A stretch of 64,000 nucleotides of DNA from positions 24,760 through 88,759 of the forward strand of contig MIBE01000011.1 of the NCBI GenBank assembly GCA_001829415.1. Reading direction: 5' to 3'. The stretch is from Spirochaetes bacterium GWF1_51_8 (GTDB lineage Bacteria > Spirochaetota > Brevinematia > Brevinematales > GWF1-51-8). How positions within the stretch are numbered: the first letter of the stretch is position 1; each line of letters begins with the position of its first letter. A program made the position numbers and the translations under genes. Positions 9,159-17,714 of the stretch are shown one piece after another. Below the pieces are notes generated by a model. It worked only from the letters and a program-made list of their open reading frames with translations. It had not been told where the DNA came from and ran no database searches.

Positions 9159-9884
9159 ATGCTCATTATTCCCGCGGTCGATATTAAAGACCGCAAATGC
9201 GTACGTCTCGTGCGCGGCGATCCCCAGTTCGAGACTGTCTATTCCACCGAGCCGGTGTTTCAGGCAAAGTACTGGGAGCGCGAGGGCGCGAAGCGCCTTC
9301 ATATCGTCGACCTTGACGGCGCGTTCGAGGGGAAGACCAAAAATCTCGATATCATCCAGCGGATTGTCGAAGAGGTCAATATCGTGGTTCAAGTCGGCGG
9401 CGGTATCCGCGATAACCGGATTATCCGCGCCCTGAAAAACCGCGGAGTGCATAAAATCGTCATCGGTACGGCCGCGGTAGAGAACCGAAAATTTATAAAG
9501 AATCTCTGTAAAACCGAGCCCGAAAGCATTATCATCGCTATCGACGCCCATGACGGGTTTGTGGTGAAAAAGGGCTGGAAGGAAGTGACCGATAAGCGCG
9601 CGGTCGATCTGGTGAAGGAGCTCGAGGAATACGGCGTGCAGGAAGTAATCTACACCGACATCAACCGCGACGGGACGCTCGAAGGGCCGAACTACGATTC
9701 GATCGAAACGATGCTGACTGTGACCGAAATCCCGATCATCGTATCGGGGGGTGTGTCCTCACTCGACGACCTGAAGCGCCTGACCCAGTACGAGAACGAC
9801 GGACTGCGCGGCGTGATTATCGGCAAGGCGTTGTACGAAGGCCGTTTCAAGCTCTCCGAGGCGCTGAAGTTCGACAAGAGTTAA
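9159..9884 (+). CDS. hisA: phosphoribosylformimino-5-aminoimidazole carboxamide ribotide isomerase
   Basis: MLIIPAVDIKDRKCVRLVRGD..., GGGIR, VIGTAAV. This is a HisA-type N-terminus, not HisF-type. Confidence 0.95.
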   Translation: MLIIPAVDIKDRKCVRLVRGDPQFETVYSTEPVFQAKYWEREGAKRLHIVDLDGAFEGKTKNLDIIQRIVEEVNIVVQVGGGIRDNRIIRALKNRGVHKIVIGTAAVENRKFIKNLCKTEPESIIIAIDAHDGFVVKKGWKEVTDKRAVDLVKELEEYGVQEVIYTDINRDGTLEGPNYDSIETMLTVTEIPIIVSGGVSSLDDLKRLTQYENDGLRGVIIGKALYEGRFKLSEALKFDKS

Positions 9885-9890
9885 TTGAAG

Positions 9891-10106
9891 ATGAAAAAAG
9901 ATAAAGTGATTTATCGTCTGGTCGTTGAAGATGTACTGAATGTTATCGAAGAAAATGAGATGCATATTCAGCTTTCAGAGCAGGATGTAGATTTTATCGA
10001 AGCCAAGATTGGAAATTATATCGATTGGTATGGCGCGATTGAAAATGTCTTAAATGATTTGGAAGAATCGAAAAATAGTAAATTCGATATGAAGCAGATG
10101 AAGTAG
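9891..10106 (+). CDS. small acidic hypothetical protein
   Basis: 71-aa ORF (ATG 9891; the track starts at TTG 9885). More A+T-rich than hisA. No recognisable motif. Confidence 0.45.
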   Translation: MKKDKVIYRLVVEDVLNVIEENEMHIQLSEQDVDFIEAKIGNYIDWYGAIENVLNDLEESKNSKFDMKQMK

Positions 10107-10133
10107 CGAAAAAATTACACGCACGGAATTGTA

Positions 10134-10604
10134 ATGAGTATTATTGGAAAGACGACCATACACCCGGCGCTGTTTTACAGCGGCAAGATGATCGGATACT
10201 CGATCTGGGTTCTTTTCCTGCTATCGATAAGTAATATTCTTTTCTTTCAGCCTCCTATATTTGTTATAAAAATCCTTTCGGTTATAATTGGCGCTTTCGG
10301 GGTAGTTATCGCGTTTATCAGCTTTCTTAATTTAGGGAACTCGACTCGGTTGGGTTTGCCTGACGAAACCACCTCCTTTAAATCCGGCGGCCTTTACCGG
10401 TTCAGCAGGAATCCGATGTACCTCGGATTTGATTTGCTGACCGTGGCTTCAACCCTCTATTTATGGAATATATTCATAGCCGCCGCAGGGTTGTATACCC
10501 TGATAATCTATCACCTCATCATTCTTGGTGAAGAAAAGTTTCTGGATAAACGATTTGGTAAGGAATATATGGATTATAAGAGCAGGGTCAGAAGGTACAT
10601 TTAG
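10134..10604 (+). CDS. isoprenylcysteine carboxyl / phospholipid methyltransferase family membrane protein
   Basis: Four TM helices, then YRFSRNPMYLGFDLL...GEEKFLDKRFGKEYMDYKSRVRRYI, the ICMT/PEMT C-terminal signature. Confidence 0.8.
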   Translation: MSIIGKTTIHPALFYSGKMIGYSIWVLFLLSISNILFFQPPIFVIKILSVIIGAFGVVIAFISFLNLGNSTRLGLPDETTSFKSGGLYRFSRNPMYLGFDLLTVASTLYLWNIFIAAAGLYTLIIYHLIILGEEKFLDKRFGKEYMDYKSRVRRYI

Positions 10605-10728
10605 TATTGGTACCGATTTGGTACTTCGATAAAAACCCATTATTTACCGACGCGTCGACTCATTCCTAAAGTGATAATTCTAAATAAAATTTCTTCCGGG
10701 TCGAATTTCCCCGTTTCGGCGGGGTTTC

Positions 10729-11478
10729 CTATTTATTCCGGATATCCAATGTCACTCCGTCCGCGCTTGTGAAGATCAGGATGTACATTCCGCCCTCGAT
10801 CAGCCTGAGTTCGCCTTCCGCCGTCTTGATCTCCATCCCGGCTTTATTCGCGTCCTGGCTGGATACGGGATAGAGCAAGTTCGGATCGCCGTGGAAATAG
10901 CCGAGGTTCTTCAAAAGCAGAAATATCTCCTCGATCCGGTACACGTTCGGGAAGAAATAGACTTCACGGGTGAAGTTCGGAGTCTTATTGTTGTATACCG
11001 TTACCGCGACATTCGCCGTGATGCCGTTTTTAAATTCGGTCACTTTTTTGTGGGTGAGCACTGCGTCATCGCCCTCTTGGCTCTCCGACGGACTCCCCGA
11101 AACTTCGAAATGGCTCAACAGGTACTCGCGGAAGAGGGCGGGCTTTATCCCATTCTGTAACGGGGCTGGCATCGACGAGAGGTAGCCGTCGAAAATATAG
11201 CCCTGCTTACCGTCGAACTCCGCCTTGACCCACGCACCCTTGATATTCTCGAACACGAACGGAACGGGTTTCCCAGAGTCCTTCTGTAAAGTCACTTTCG
11301 AGCCGTAAGGGACCTTGACAACCAGCTTACCGTCGATACCGGGCTTCTCGCGGAGATTGAGGCCGGACTGCGCGAGTACATACAGCGTATCGCCGGGCTG
11401 ATACCACGATTTCGGTTCGGCGGACAGGACGGCCGCAGCTGAGAATAGAATAATGATGAAAGCGGCGAGTTGTCGCAT
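10729..11478 (-). CDS. secreted SH3b-like domain protein, tandem paralog 1
   Basis: Start at the internal ATG 11478 (MRQLAAFIIILFSAAAVLSAEP signal peptide). SH3b-like block GDTLYVLAQSGLNLREKPGIDGKLVVKVPYGSKV...NIKGAWVKAEFDGKQGYIFDGYL. C-terminal motif YFFP..YRIEEIFLLLKNLGYF. Confidence 0.8.
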   Translation of the reverse strand: MRQLAAFIIILFSAAAVLSAEPKSWYQPGDTLYVLAQSGLNLREKPGIDGKLVVKVPYGSKVTLQKDSGKPVPFVFENIKGAWVKAEFDGKQGYIFDGYLSSMPAPLQNGIKPALFREYLLSHFEVSGSPSESQEGDDAVLTHKKVTEFKNGITANVAVTVYNNKTPNFTREVYFFPNVYRIEEIFLLLKNLGYFHGDPNLLYPVSSQDANKAGMEIKTAEGELRLIEGGMYILIFTSADGVTLDIRNK

Positions 11479-11510
11479 ACGATACTCCAATGAAATATTT
11501 GTTTCTTCAA

Positions 11511-12260
11511 TCAATACCTGATCTCCAGGGAAATTCCATCCGGCGACCACGTGATAATAAAGTGTTTTCCGCCGCCCGTGACTGTCAGACGGTTCTCCGA
11601 CAGCGTCACGGCATAACCGTAGGAATTTTCTTTTGCCGACTGGCTTGCGGACGGGTACTCCTTGCCGAACCCATCCTGAAAATAGCCGAGGTTCGACAGC
11701 AGGACAAAAACCTGCTCGATCCGCGTGAGCATCGGAAAGAAATAGACCTCGATTGTGAGTTCGATGGCGCCGGTCTGATAGACAGGCTTGGACTTCATCG
11801 AGGTGATCCCGTTATCATAGAGCGCTGTCGTCGTGGTCAATATGTAGTTCGGGAAGGTTTCCTTTTTTGTCTCCGGGCCGCCTTTCACCTTAAAGAAGAA
11901 ATCCAGATACTCCGAAACGGAATCGATCATTTTATCCGGAGGGGGAGGGAGTACGCAGAGATACCCCGAGAAGAGATACCCTTTTTGTCCGTTGCACCCG
12001 GCGTACACCCAGTACCCGGCGATATGATCGATTGTTACCGGGGTAAGCGTCTGCGCGTCTTTCAGCACGACGGCCGTATCGCCGTAGACGGCGAGCCCGG
12101 TCTTCTCCGAGAACGGCGACGGGAAACTGTGTATGTCGAGACCTTGCGGACAAGTGATAAAGACCTCGCCGCCGGGGCTGTAAATTTCCGGTTCAATTCC
12201 CCAAAGATCGGCGGAGAAGAGAAGCGCGACAAATCCGGCCATTAAACATTTACTTTTCAT
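11511..12260 (-). CDS. secreted SH3b-like domain protein, tandem paralog 2 (most divergent)
   Basis: Signal peptide. HIAGYWVYAGCNGQKGYLFSGYL and YFFPMLTRIEQVFVLLSNLGYF align with the other three paralogs. Confidence 0.75.
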   Translation of the reverse strand: MKSKCLMAGFVALLFSADLWGIEPEIYSPGGEVFITCPQGLDIHSFPSPFSEKTGLAVYGDTAVVLKDAQTLTPVTIDHIAGYWVYAGCNGQKGYLFSGYLCVLPPPPDKMIDSVSEYLDFFFKVKGGPETKKETFPNYILTTTTALYDNGITSMKSKPVYQTGAIELTIEVYFFPMLTRIEQVFVLLSNLGYFQDGFGKEYPSASQSAKENSYGYAVTLSENRLTVTGGGKHFIITWSPDGISLEIRY

Positions 12261-12313
12261 CAGACCTACAAACCTCTCTCTTATTTGTCACCAGTGGCAT
12301 TATTTTACCCCCG

Positions 12314-13057
12314 CTAATACTGAAATGTCTCGACAACAATCCCGTTGGAATTCATGATGATGTTGATCCGGTATTCCTCGCACGCGAAACAAAGACTATC
12401 GCTCGAACAGGTGATGTCGAGCGAGACCTTGTTTTCACCGGCGGATGAGCCGGTCACCGGAAACGGCATATCGGGATCGTTCTTGAAGTATCCGAGGTTC
12501 TTCAGTAAAACGAAGACTTCTTCGATCCGCGTGAATCCCGGAAGCGTGTACACCGAGTATTCGAAAGAAGGGTCGCCCGTCCAGTAATCGGTAACAGAGA
12601 TATTCGCGCAGATATTGTTCGTGAACCGGTACTCGGAGTGATGCGTTTCCTGCCCTTCTCCCCCCACGACCGTTTCCTTCGGATCGGGGTAGTCGTAATA
12701 GGACATCAGATAATCCAGCAGGCTCGAGAAGTCCACGGTCAGTTCCGGGGGTGTCAATGTCGAGAGGTAGCCGTCGAAAATGTAGCCCTTTTTCCCCTTA
12801 TACTCGATATATGCCCAATGCCCCTTGATATTGTCGAACGCGAACGGCACCGGGGGCTTCGTATCCTTAAGGACTTTGATCTCCGAGCCGTACGGGACTT
12901 TGATAATCAGCTTGCCGCCGATATCGGCCTTGTCGCGGAGATTGAGACCGGACTGCGCGGTCACATAAAGCGTATCGCCGGGTTTATACCAGACACCCGC
13001 CGCGAAGGCAGCACCAGCGAACACGAATAGATAGATAAATATTAAGATGCGTTTCAT
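12314..13057 (-). CDS. secreted SH3b-like domain protein, tandem paralog 3
   Basis: Start at the internal ATG 13057 (MKRILIFIYLFVFAGAAFAAG). GDTLYVTAQSGLNLRDKADIGGKLIIKVPYGSEI...NIKGHWAYIEYKGKKGYIFDGYL. RIEEVFVLLKNLGYF. Confidence 0.8.
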   Translation of the reverse strand: MKRILIFIYLFVFAGAAFAAGVWYKPGDTLYVTAQSGLNLRDKADIGGKLIIKVPYGSEIKVLKDTKPPVPFAFDNIKGHWAYIEYKGKKGYIFDGYLSTLTPPELTVDFSSLLDYLMSYYDYPDPKETVVGGEGQETHHSEYRFTNNICANISVTDYWTGDPSFEYSVYTLPGFTRIEEVFVLLKNLGYFKNDPDMPFPVTGSSAGENKVSLDITCSSDSLCFACEEYRINIIMNSNGIVVETFQY

Positions 13058-13133
13058 AACCCCTCCATATGGGCGTGTTATTGCGAACCCGCTCTCCGTT
13101 CCACGTCCCACAAAGCGTTCTCACTGTATCCAT

Positions 13134-13955
13134 TCAATCACCATTATACGGGGCGGGAAATTCGTGCTCGGCGAGGTATTCAGATGTTTCCTCGATCCAT
13201 AAATGCACCGAATGTACTGAATCGATTAGGGTGATTTTTTGGCCTTTTTTCGAAAGTATTATCCGGTCGTCTTTCTTAAGAACACTGAAGCCGAATGTTT
13301 TGTCCGAGGCACTCATACTTTTAACCGGCAGCGGAAAATACCCGGGCAGCAATCCGCAGGCTTGTATCAGAAGGAATACCTCCTCCATGCGATAGGGCGT
13401 GTAGTACCCGTTCGCCCCCGATTGGAGCAGGATGAGCGTTTCGACGGAGTTTTCATAGAAATAGATGTCCTCCTCAATCCCGAACTCGAATTTCGCGGAA
13501 AAGTGAGGAACTTTTTTACCGTCCACTACGGCAGTATCGTTCACCGGAATTTCTGTTTCGCCGAGCATGCCGAAGTAGGAATGCATGATTTCATGGGTTC
13601 CGAGCATGGAGGTCTGGCACGGGCCGCCGTCGATAACAGGAGGCGCAGGCAGCGCGCTCAGAAAGCCGTCGAAAACATATCCCTTGTGCCCGTTCCATTC
13701 GGCATACACCCAATGTCCTTTGATGTTGTCGAACGTGAACGGTACGGGCGAGTTCCCATCATCCAGTACGGTCACCGTTTCGCCGTAGGGAACCTGTACG
13801 ACCACCTTGCCGCCGATATCCGGTTTCTGCCGGAGGTTGAGTCCCGTGAGCATCAAAACCGTAAGCTTGTCACCGTTACCGTACCACACCTTCTCCCCGC
13901 CGTACAGACCGGTAGTGAGACAAAATAATAAGACCGCGATCACATTCCGCTTCAT
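13134..13955 (-). CDS. secreted SH3b-like domain protein, tandem paralog 4
   Basis: Signal peptide MKRNVIAVLLFCLTTGLYG. GLNLRQKPDIGGKVVVQVPYGETV...NIKGHWVYAEWNGHKGYVFDGFL. YRMEEVFLLIQACG. Confidence 0.8.
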   Translation of the reverse strand: MKRNVIAVLLFCLTTGLYGGEKVWYGNGDKLTVLMLTGLNLRQKPDIGGKVVVQVPYGETVTVLDDGNSPVPFTFDNIKGHWVYAEWNGHKGYVFDGFLSALPAPPVIDGGPCQTSMLGTHEIMHSYFGMLGETEIPVNDTAVVDGKKVPHFSAKFEFGIEEDIYFYENSVETLILLQSGANGYYTPYRMEEVFLLIQACGLLPGYFPLPVKSMSASDKTFGFSVLKKDDRIILSKKGQKITLIDSVHSVHLWIEETSEYLAEHEFPAPYNGD

Positions 13956-14077
13956 CGGTAACCTCTCTTCCGTCTTCGATTAATTTAACGCTGTTTTACT
14001 AATTATGCAATTCTTCGAGGTGTTCGTCACGCGGTATTTGCTACGGTTTTTCCGCCGTATAGTATTAGGAAATGTAA

Positions 14078-14106
14078 TTGACATTTCCCAGCAAATCGAA
14101 TAGAAT
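14078..14106 (+). promoter_or_regulatory. sigma-70-type promoter candidate
   Basis: TTGACA (14078-14083), 17-nt spacer, TAGAAT (14101-14106), upstream of the SPFH gene. Confidence 0.45.
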
Positions 14107-14132
14107 AGATTCGAATGAACATGGAGGCGATT

Positions 14133-15146
14133 ATGTTCGGATTCCGTTTTATCAAGTTTCAGCCGAATGTGTATGTCCTGAAGTACCGGAAGGGCCGGAT
14201 TGTCCGCGAGGGACTCGGTCTGGCGTTCAACTACTACTCCCCCACGACGGCGCTGGTAGCTGTGCCGACTGAAAGCACCGAGACGCCGTTCATCTTCCGC
14301 GAGAGCACGTCCGACTTCCAGAGCGTGACCGTGCAGGGACAGATCACCTTCCGGGTAGGCGACCCGAAGAAACTCGCGAGCCTCCTCAATTACACCCTCG
14401 ACAACAACACCAAACGTTATATCTCCGAAGACCCGCAGAAACTGTCCCAACGCGTAATTACGGTAGTGCAGGTGCTTACGAAGAAGCATATCGAGGGAAT
14501 GGCCCTCCGCGAGTCGATCCGTTCGAGCGAACCTATCGCGACGCATGTGCGGGACAGCATCACTTCCGACAAGGTGATCCAGTCGCTCGGGCTCGAGATT
14601 CTCGGCCTCGCGATCCTCGCGATCTCGCCCACCGAGGATACGTCACGGGCGCTCGAGGCCACCGCGCGCGAGCAAATACTCAAAGAAGCCGACGACGCGA
14701 TCTATTCGCGGCGCAACTCGGCGGTCGAGCAGGAACGCACGATCAAGGAGAACGAGCTGAATACCGAGATCGCGGTCGAGAACAAAAAGAGGCAGATTTT
14801 AGAGGCGCAGAAAGAAGCCGAACGCGCGATCCAGCAGAAAGACCACGAGATGAAAAAGACCGAGATGGAATTCTATATCAAGAACGAAGACCAAAAGAAG
14901 CAGCTTGTGAACCTGTCGGCTGAAAACGCCCGCAAAGAAGCGGAGGCCAAGGCTTACACCGTGTCCACGGTTCTGAAGGCGGTCGAGGCGCTCGACCCGG
15001 AGCGTCTCAAGGTGCTGGCGCAGATGGGGATGAAGCCCGACCAACTGATCGCGCTGGCGTTCAGGGGCATCGCCGAAAACGCCGGTAAGATCGGCGAGCT
15101 TAATATGTCGCCCGACCTGCTGAAAGAAATCATCAAGCAGAAATAA
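14133..15146 (+). CDS. SPFH/band-7 (flotillin-like) domain protein
   Basis: Preferred start is ATG 14133 (GGAGG at 14123-14127); the ORF track starts at 14115. SPFH-like N-terminal beta/alpha region, then a long charged coiled coil (..KKRQILEAQKEAERAIQQKDHEMKK..). Confidence 0.85.
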   Translation: MFGFRFIKFQPNVYVLKYRKGRIVREGLGLAFNYYSPTTALVAVPTESTETPFIFRESTSDFQSVTVQGQITFRVGDPKKLASLLNYTLDNNTKRYISEDPQKLSQRVITVVQVLTKKHIEGMALRESIRSSEPIATHVRDSITSDKVIQSLGLEILGLAILAISPTEDTSRALEATAREQILKEADDAIYSRRNSAVEQERTIKENELNTEIAVENKKRQILEAQKEAERAIQQKDHEMKKTEMEFYIKNEDQKKQLVNLSAENARKEAEAKAYTVSTVLKAVEALDPERLKVLAQMGMKPDQLIALAFRGIAENAGKIGELNMSPDLLKEIIKQK

Positions 15147-16066
15147 TGAAACGCCTCTCCGAACGGAAGATCGTCCTTGTCAAACGGAAGACCCGGCTGG
15201 AAGACCTGATCGCGCGTTACAATACGGTCGATCAGGCGAAATTCTATATCGAGCATCTCGGCGCCGACTTCACCGATTACACCCGTGAGCATGAAATCTA
15301 CCATGACGCTCTCGCGTCCGTCACCCGCACCCTCTCCGAATTCGGCAGGCTCCAGGTGATCGACCGTTCGTATGCCCCGGGGTTCCTGTTCGGCCCGGAC
15401 GACGTGGCGGCGGCGCTTGGGCAGGACGGGCTTGTCGCGAACACGCTGAAGTATCTCCGCGGACAGCCGCTTGTCGGGATCAATCCCGATCCGGACAGGT
15501 GGGACGGCATGCTGCTCCCTTACCGCGCGGATACGTTAGCGCAGGCGATGCCGGATGTGATGGCGAACACGATGGAGTATTACGAGGTCACGATCGCGAA
15601 GGCGGCACTCAACGACGGGCAGACGCTTTACGCGGTCAACGACTTCTTTATCGGCCAGCGCACCCACGTTTCGGCGCGTTACGAGATAGTCCACGGCAAG
15701 CGCCGTGAGAACCACTCGTCGAGCGGAATCATCGTCTCGACCGGCCTCGGGTCGACCGGCTGGCTGACAAGCGTGATCGCGGGCGCGGAGGGTGTTTCCG
15801 GCGCGGAAGTCGAACTGCCCGAGGATATCCTCTGGGATTCGAAATTTCTCTATTTCTCGGTGCGGGAGCCGTTCCCCACGAAAACCACCGGCGCGGAGAT
15901 CGTGTTCGGCAAGGTGAACAAGAAGAACCCGCTCGCGGTAGTTTCGCACATGCCGGAGAACGGGGTGATCTTCAGCGACGGGGTGGAAAAGGACTTCCTT
16001 GTGTTCAACTCCGGGATCGAGGCGAAGATCGGGATTGCCGAGTTCGTCGGGGTGCTGGTGGGGTAA
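15146..16066 (+). CDS. ATP-NAD kinase-fold protein (NadK-like, divergent)
   Basis: Start overlaps the SPFH stop (TAATG). GQDG (cf. the NadK GGDG motif), AVNDFFIG (cf. NE motif), SSGIIVSTGLGSTGWLTS (cf. the NadK ..STPTGSTAY.. motif). Confidence 0.75.
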   Translation: MKRLSERKIVLVKRKTRLEDLIARYNTVDQAKFYIEHLGADFTDYTREHEIYHDALASVTRTLSEFGRLQVIDRSYAPGFLFGPDDVAAALGQDGLVANTLKYLRGQPLVGINPDPDRWDGMLLPYRADTLAQAMPDVMANTMEYYEVTIAKAALNDGQTLYAVNDFFIGQRTHVSARYEIVHGKRRENHSSSGIIVSTGLGSTGWLTSVIAGAEGVSGAEVELPEDILWDSKFLYFSVREPFPTKTTGAEIVFGKVNKKNPLAVVSHMPENGVIFSDGVEKDFLVFNSGIEAKIGIAEFVGVLVG

Positions 16067-16251
16067 TCACCTATATATCTTCAAATCTAACAAGATCAAA
16101 AATCGCGTTCACCGTTTTCCTTCCGCTCTACTTTCCCGTAAAAACGAAACACCGCGGACTTCCAATTTTTTCCGTTTTCCATATATAATATAACAACGCC
16201 GGGAAACGGACATTCCAAGTTTTCAGCGAATCTGTTGAAAAGGGGGCTGTC

Positions 16252-17544
16252 ATGCCTGAATTCAGCGAAGCCGCATATCCGATGAAACATGTGATGGGAG
16301 TAATCCTCGGGGGAGGGAAGGGCACGCGGCTATTCCCGCTCACCCGCGAACGTTCGAAACCGGCGGTGCCGTTCGGAGGCAACTTCCGGATCGTCGATAT
16401 CCCGATTTCTAACTGCATCAATTCCGGCATCAACCGCGTGTTCGTCATGACGCAGTTCAATTCCGCGTCGCTCAATACGCATATCGCCCAGACCTATAAA
16501 TTCGATATATTCCACAATGGGTTTGTCGATATCCTTGCCGCCGAGCAGACTATCGACGAGTCGGGCGGATTCTCGCAGGGTACGGCCGACGCTGTCCGGC
16601 GCGCGCTCAAGAATATCACGGGCTACCGAGATGTCAAGTATCTCCTCGTCCTCGGGGGCGACCAGCTCTACCGGATGGATTACCGATGGCTCTTCCGCTC
16701 GCATATCGAACGGGGCGACGATATCACGATCGGCGTGATCCGTGTGGGGGAGGCCGACCTGCCGCGTTTCGGGATTATGAAAATGGACACCGCCGGATCG
16801 ATCACCGGGTTCCGTGAAAAACCTCAGTCCGAAAACGAAATACCCGGATGGCGGATTCCCGGCGAAAAGGAAAAACCGTTCTACGGCTCGATGGGAATCT
16901 ATCTCTTCCGTTTCGATATCATCGCCGACGCGCTCCGTTCGCAGAAGCAGATGGACGATTTCGGCAAGGAGGTCATCCCGTACTGCCTCGGAAAGCATAA
17001 AGTGGGCGGGTTCGAGCACCAGGGCTACTGGGAGGATATCGGGACGATCCGCACCTACCATGAGGCGAATCTCGAACTGACGCGCGACATCCCGAGCTTT
17101 AATCTTTACGACCCCGAGTTTCCGTACTTCTCGCGCCCGAGGTTCCTGCCGCCCGCGAAGATTGTCGACGCGCGGCTGAAAAACTGTATCGCGAGCGACG
17201 GCGCTATCTTCGAGCGCTGTTCGGTACGGGACAGCGTGATCGGTATCAGGAGTATCGTCCGCGACAGGGCGGAGATCGAACGGAGTATCGTGATGGGCGC
17301 GAACTACTACGAGACGGACGCGGAACGGGACGCGTATGCCAAGCGCGGGATTCCCGCCGTGGGGATAGGGCCGGGGACTGTGATCAGAAACGCGATTGTC
17401 GATATGAACTGCCGGATCGGGCGGGATGTCCGCATAGTGAATACCGCCGGTGTGACGGACTGCGAGACCGAGAACTATTCGATTATCGACGGGATAACCG
17501 TTATCCCGAAGAACACGGTCATTCCTGACGGGACCGAAATTTAG
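16252..17544 (+). CDS. glgC: glucose-1-phosphate adenylyltransferase
   Basis: GVILGGGKGTRLFPLTRERSKPAVPFGGNFRIVDIPISNCINSG, plus a C-terminal left-handed beta-helix region. RBS GGGGG lies 5 nt before ATG 16252. Confidence 0.95.
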   Translation: MPEFSEAAYPMKHVMGVILGGGKGTRLFPLTRERSKPAVPFGGNFRIVDIPISNCINSGINRVFVMTQFNSASLNTHIAQTYKFDIFHNGFVDILAAEQTIDESGGFSQGTADAVRRALKNITGYRDVKYLLVLGGDQLYRMDYRWLFRSHIERGDDITIGVIRVGEADLPRFGIMKMDTAGSITGFREKPQSENEIPGWRIPGEKEKPFYGSMGIYLFRFDIIADALRSQKQMDDFGKEVIPYCLGKHKVGGFEHQGYWEDIGTIRTYHEANLELTRDIPSFNLYDPEFPYFSRPRFLPPAKIVDARLKNCIASDGAIFERCSVRDSVIGIRSIVRDRAEIERSIVMGANYYETDAERDAYAKRGIPAVGIGPGTVIRNAIVDMNCRIGRDVRIVNTAGVTDCETENYSIIDGITVIPKNTVIPDGTEI

Positions 17545-17714
17545 TCCCGGTTTTCGCCGCGGAAATGCTCGCGCACTTTTTTCTGTTTCGCCGTGTCGGT
17601 GGCCTTGGTCAGGCGGAACATCTCCTCGAGCCATTCGAGCTTCTCGGCTACCGGTACCTTCATGTAGCGTTTGATATCCTCGATATCGATTTTATAGGAA
17701 AACCCTTTATTCAA
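17541..17714 (-). CDS. small ORF (57 codons) overlapping the 3' end of the nucleotidyltransferase gene; possible partner protein
   Basis: Below the ORF-track size cut-off. Read by hand: GGAGG (complement of 17721-17725), 6 nt, TTG at 17714, or ATG at 17663. Translation ..NKGFSYKIDIEDIKRYMKVPVAEKLEWLEEMFRLTKATDTAKQKKVREHFRGENRD, stop TAA (17541-17543). Confidence 0.35.
   Translation of the reverse strand: MNKGFSYKIDIEDIKRYMKVPVAEKLEWLEEMFRLTKATDTAKQKKVREHFRGENRD

Noticed and set aside
11490-13928. Plus-strand ORFs 11490..12245, 12638..13030 and 13239..13928, opposite the SH3b paralog array
   Set aside because: The four minus-strand proteins align with each other and have signal peptides. The plus-strand products show no mutual similarity.
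16330-17634. 434-aa ORF antisense to glgC
   Set aside because: It lies fully inside the strongly supported glgC gene. The translation is Arg/Pro/Asp-rich low-complexity sequence typical of a shadow frame in GC3-biased coding DNA, and it has no motif.
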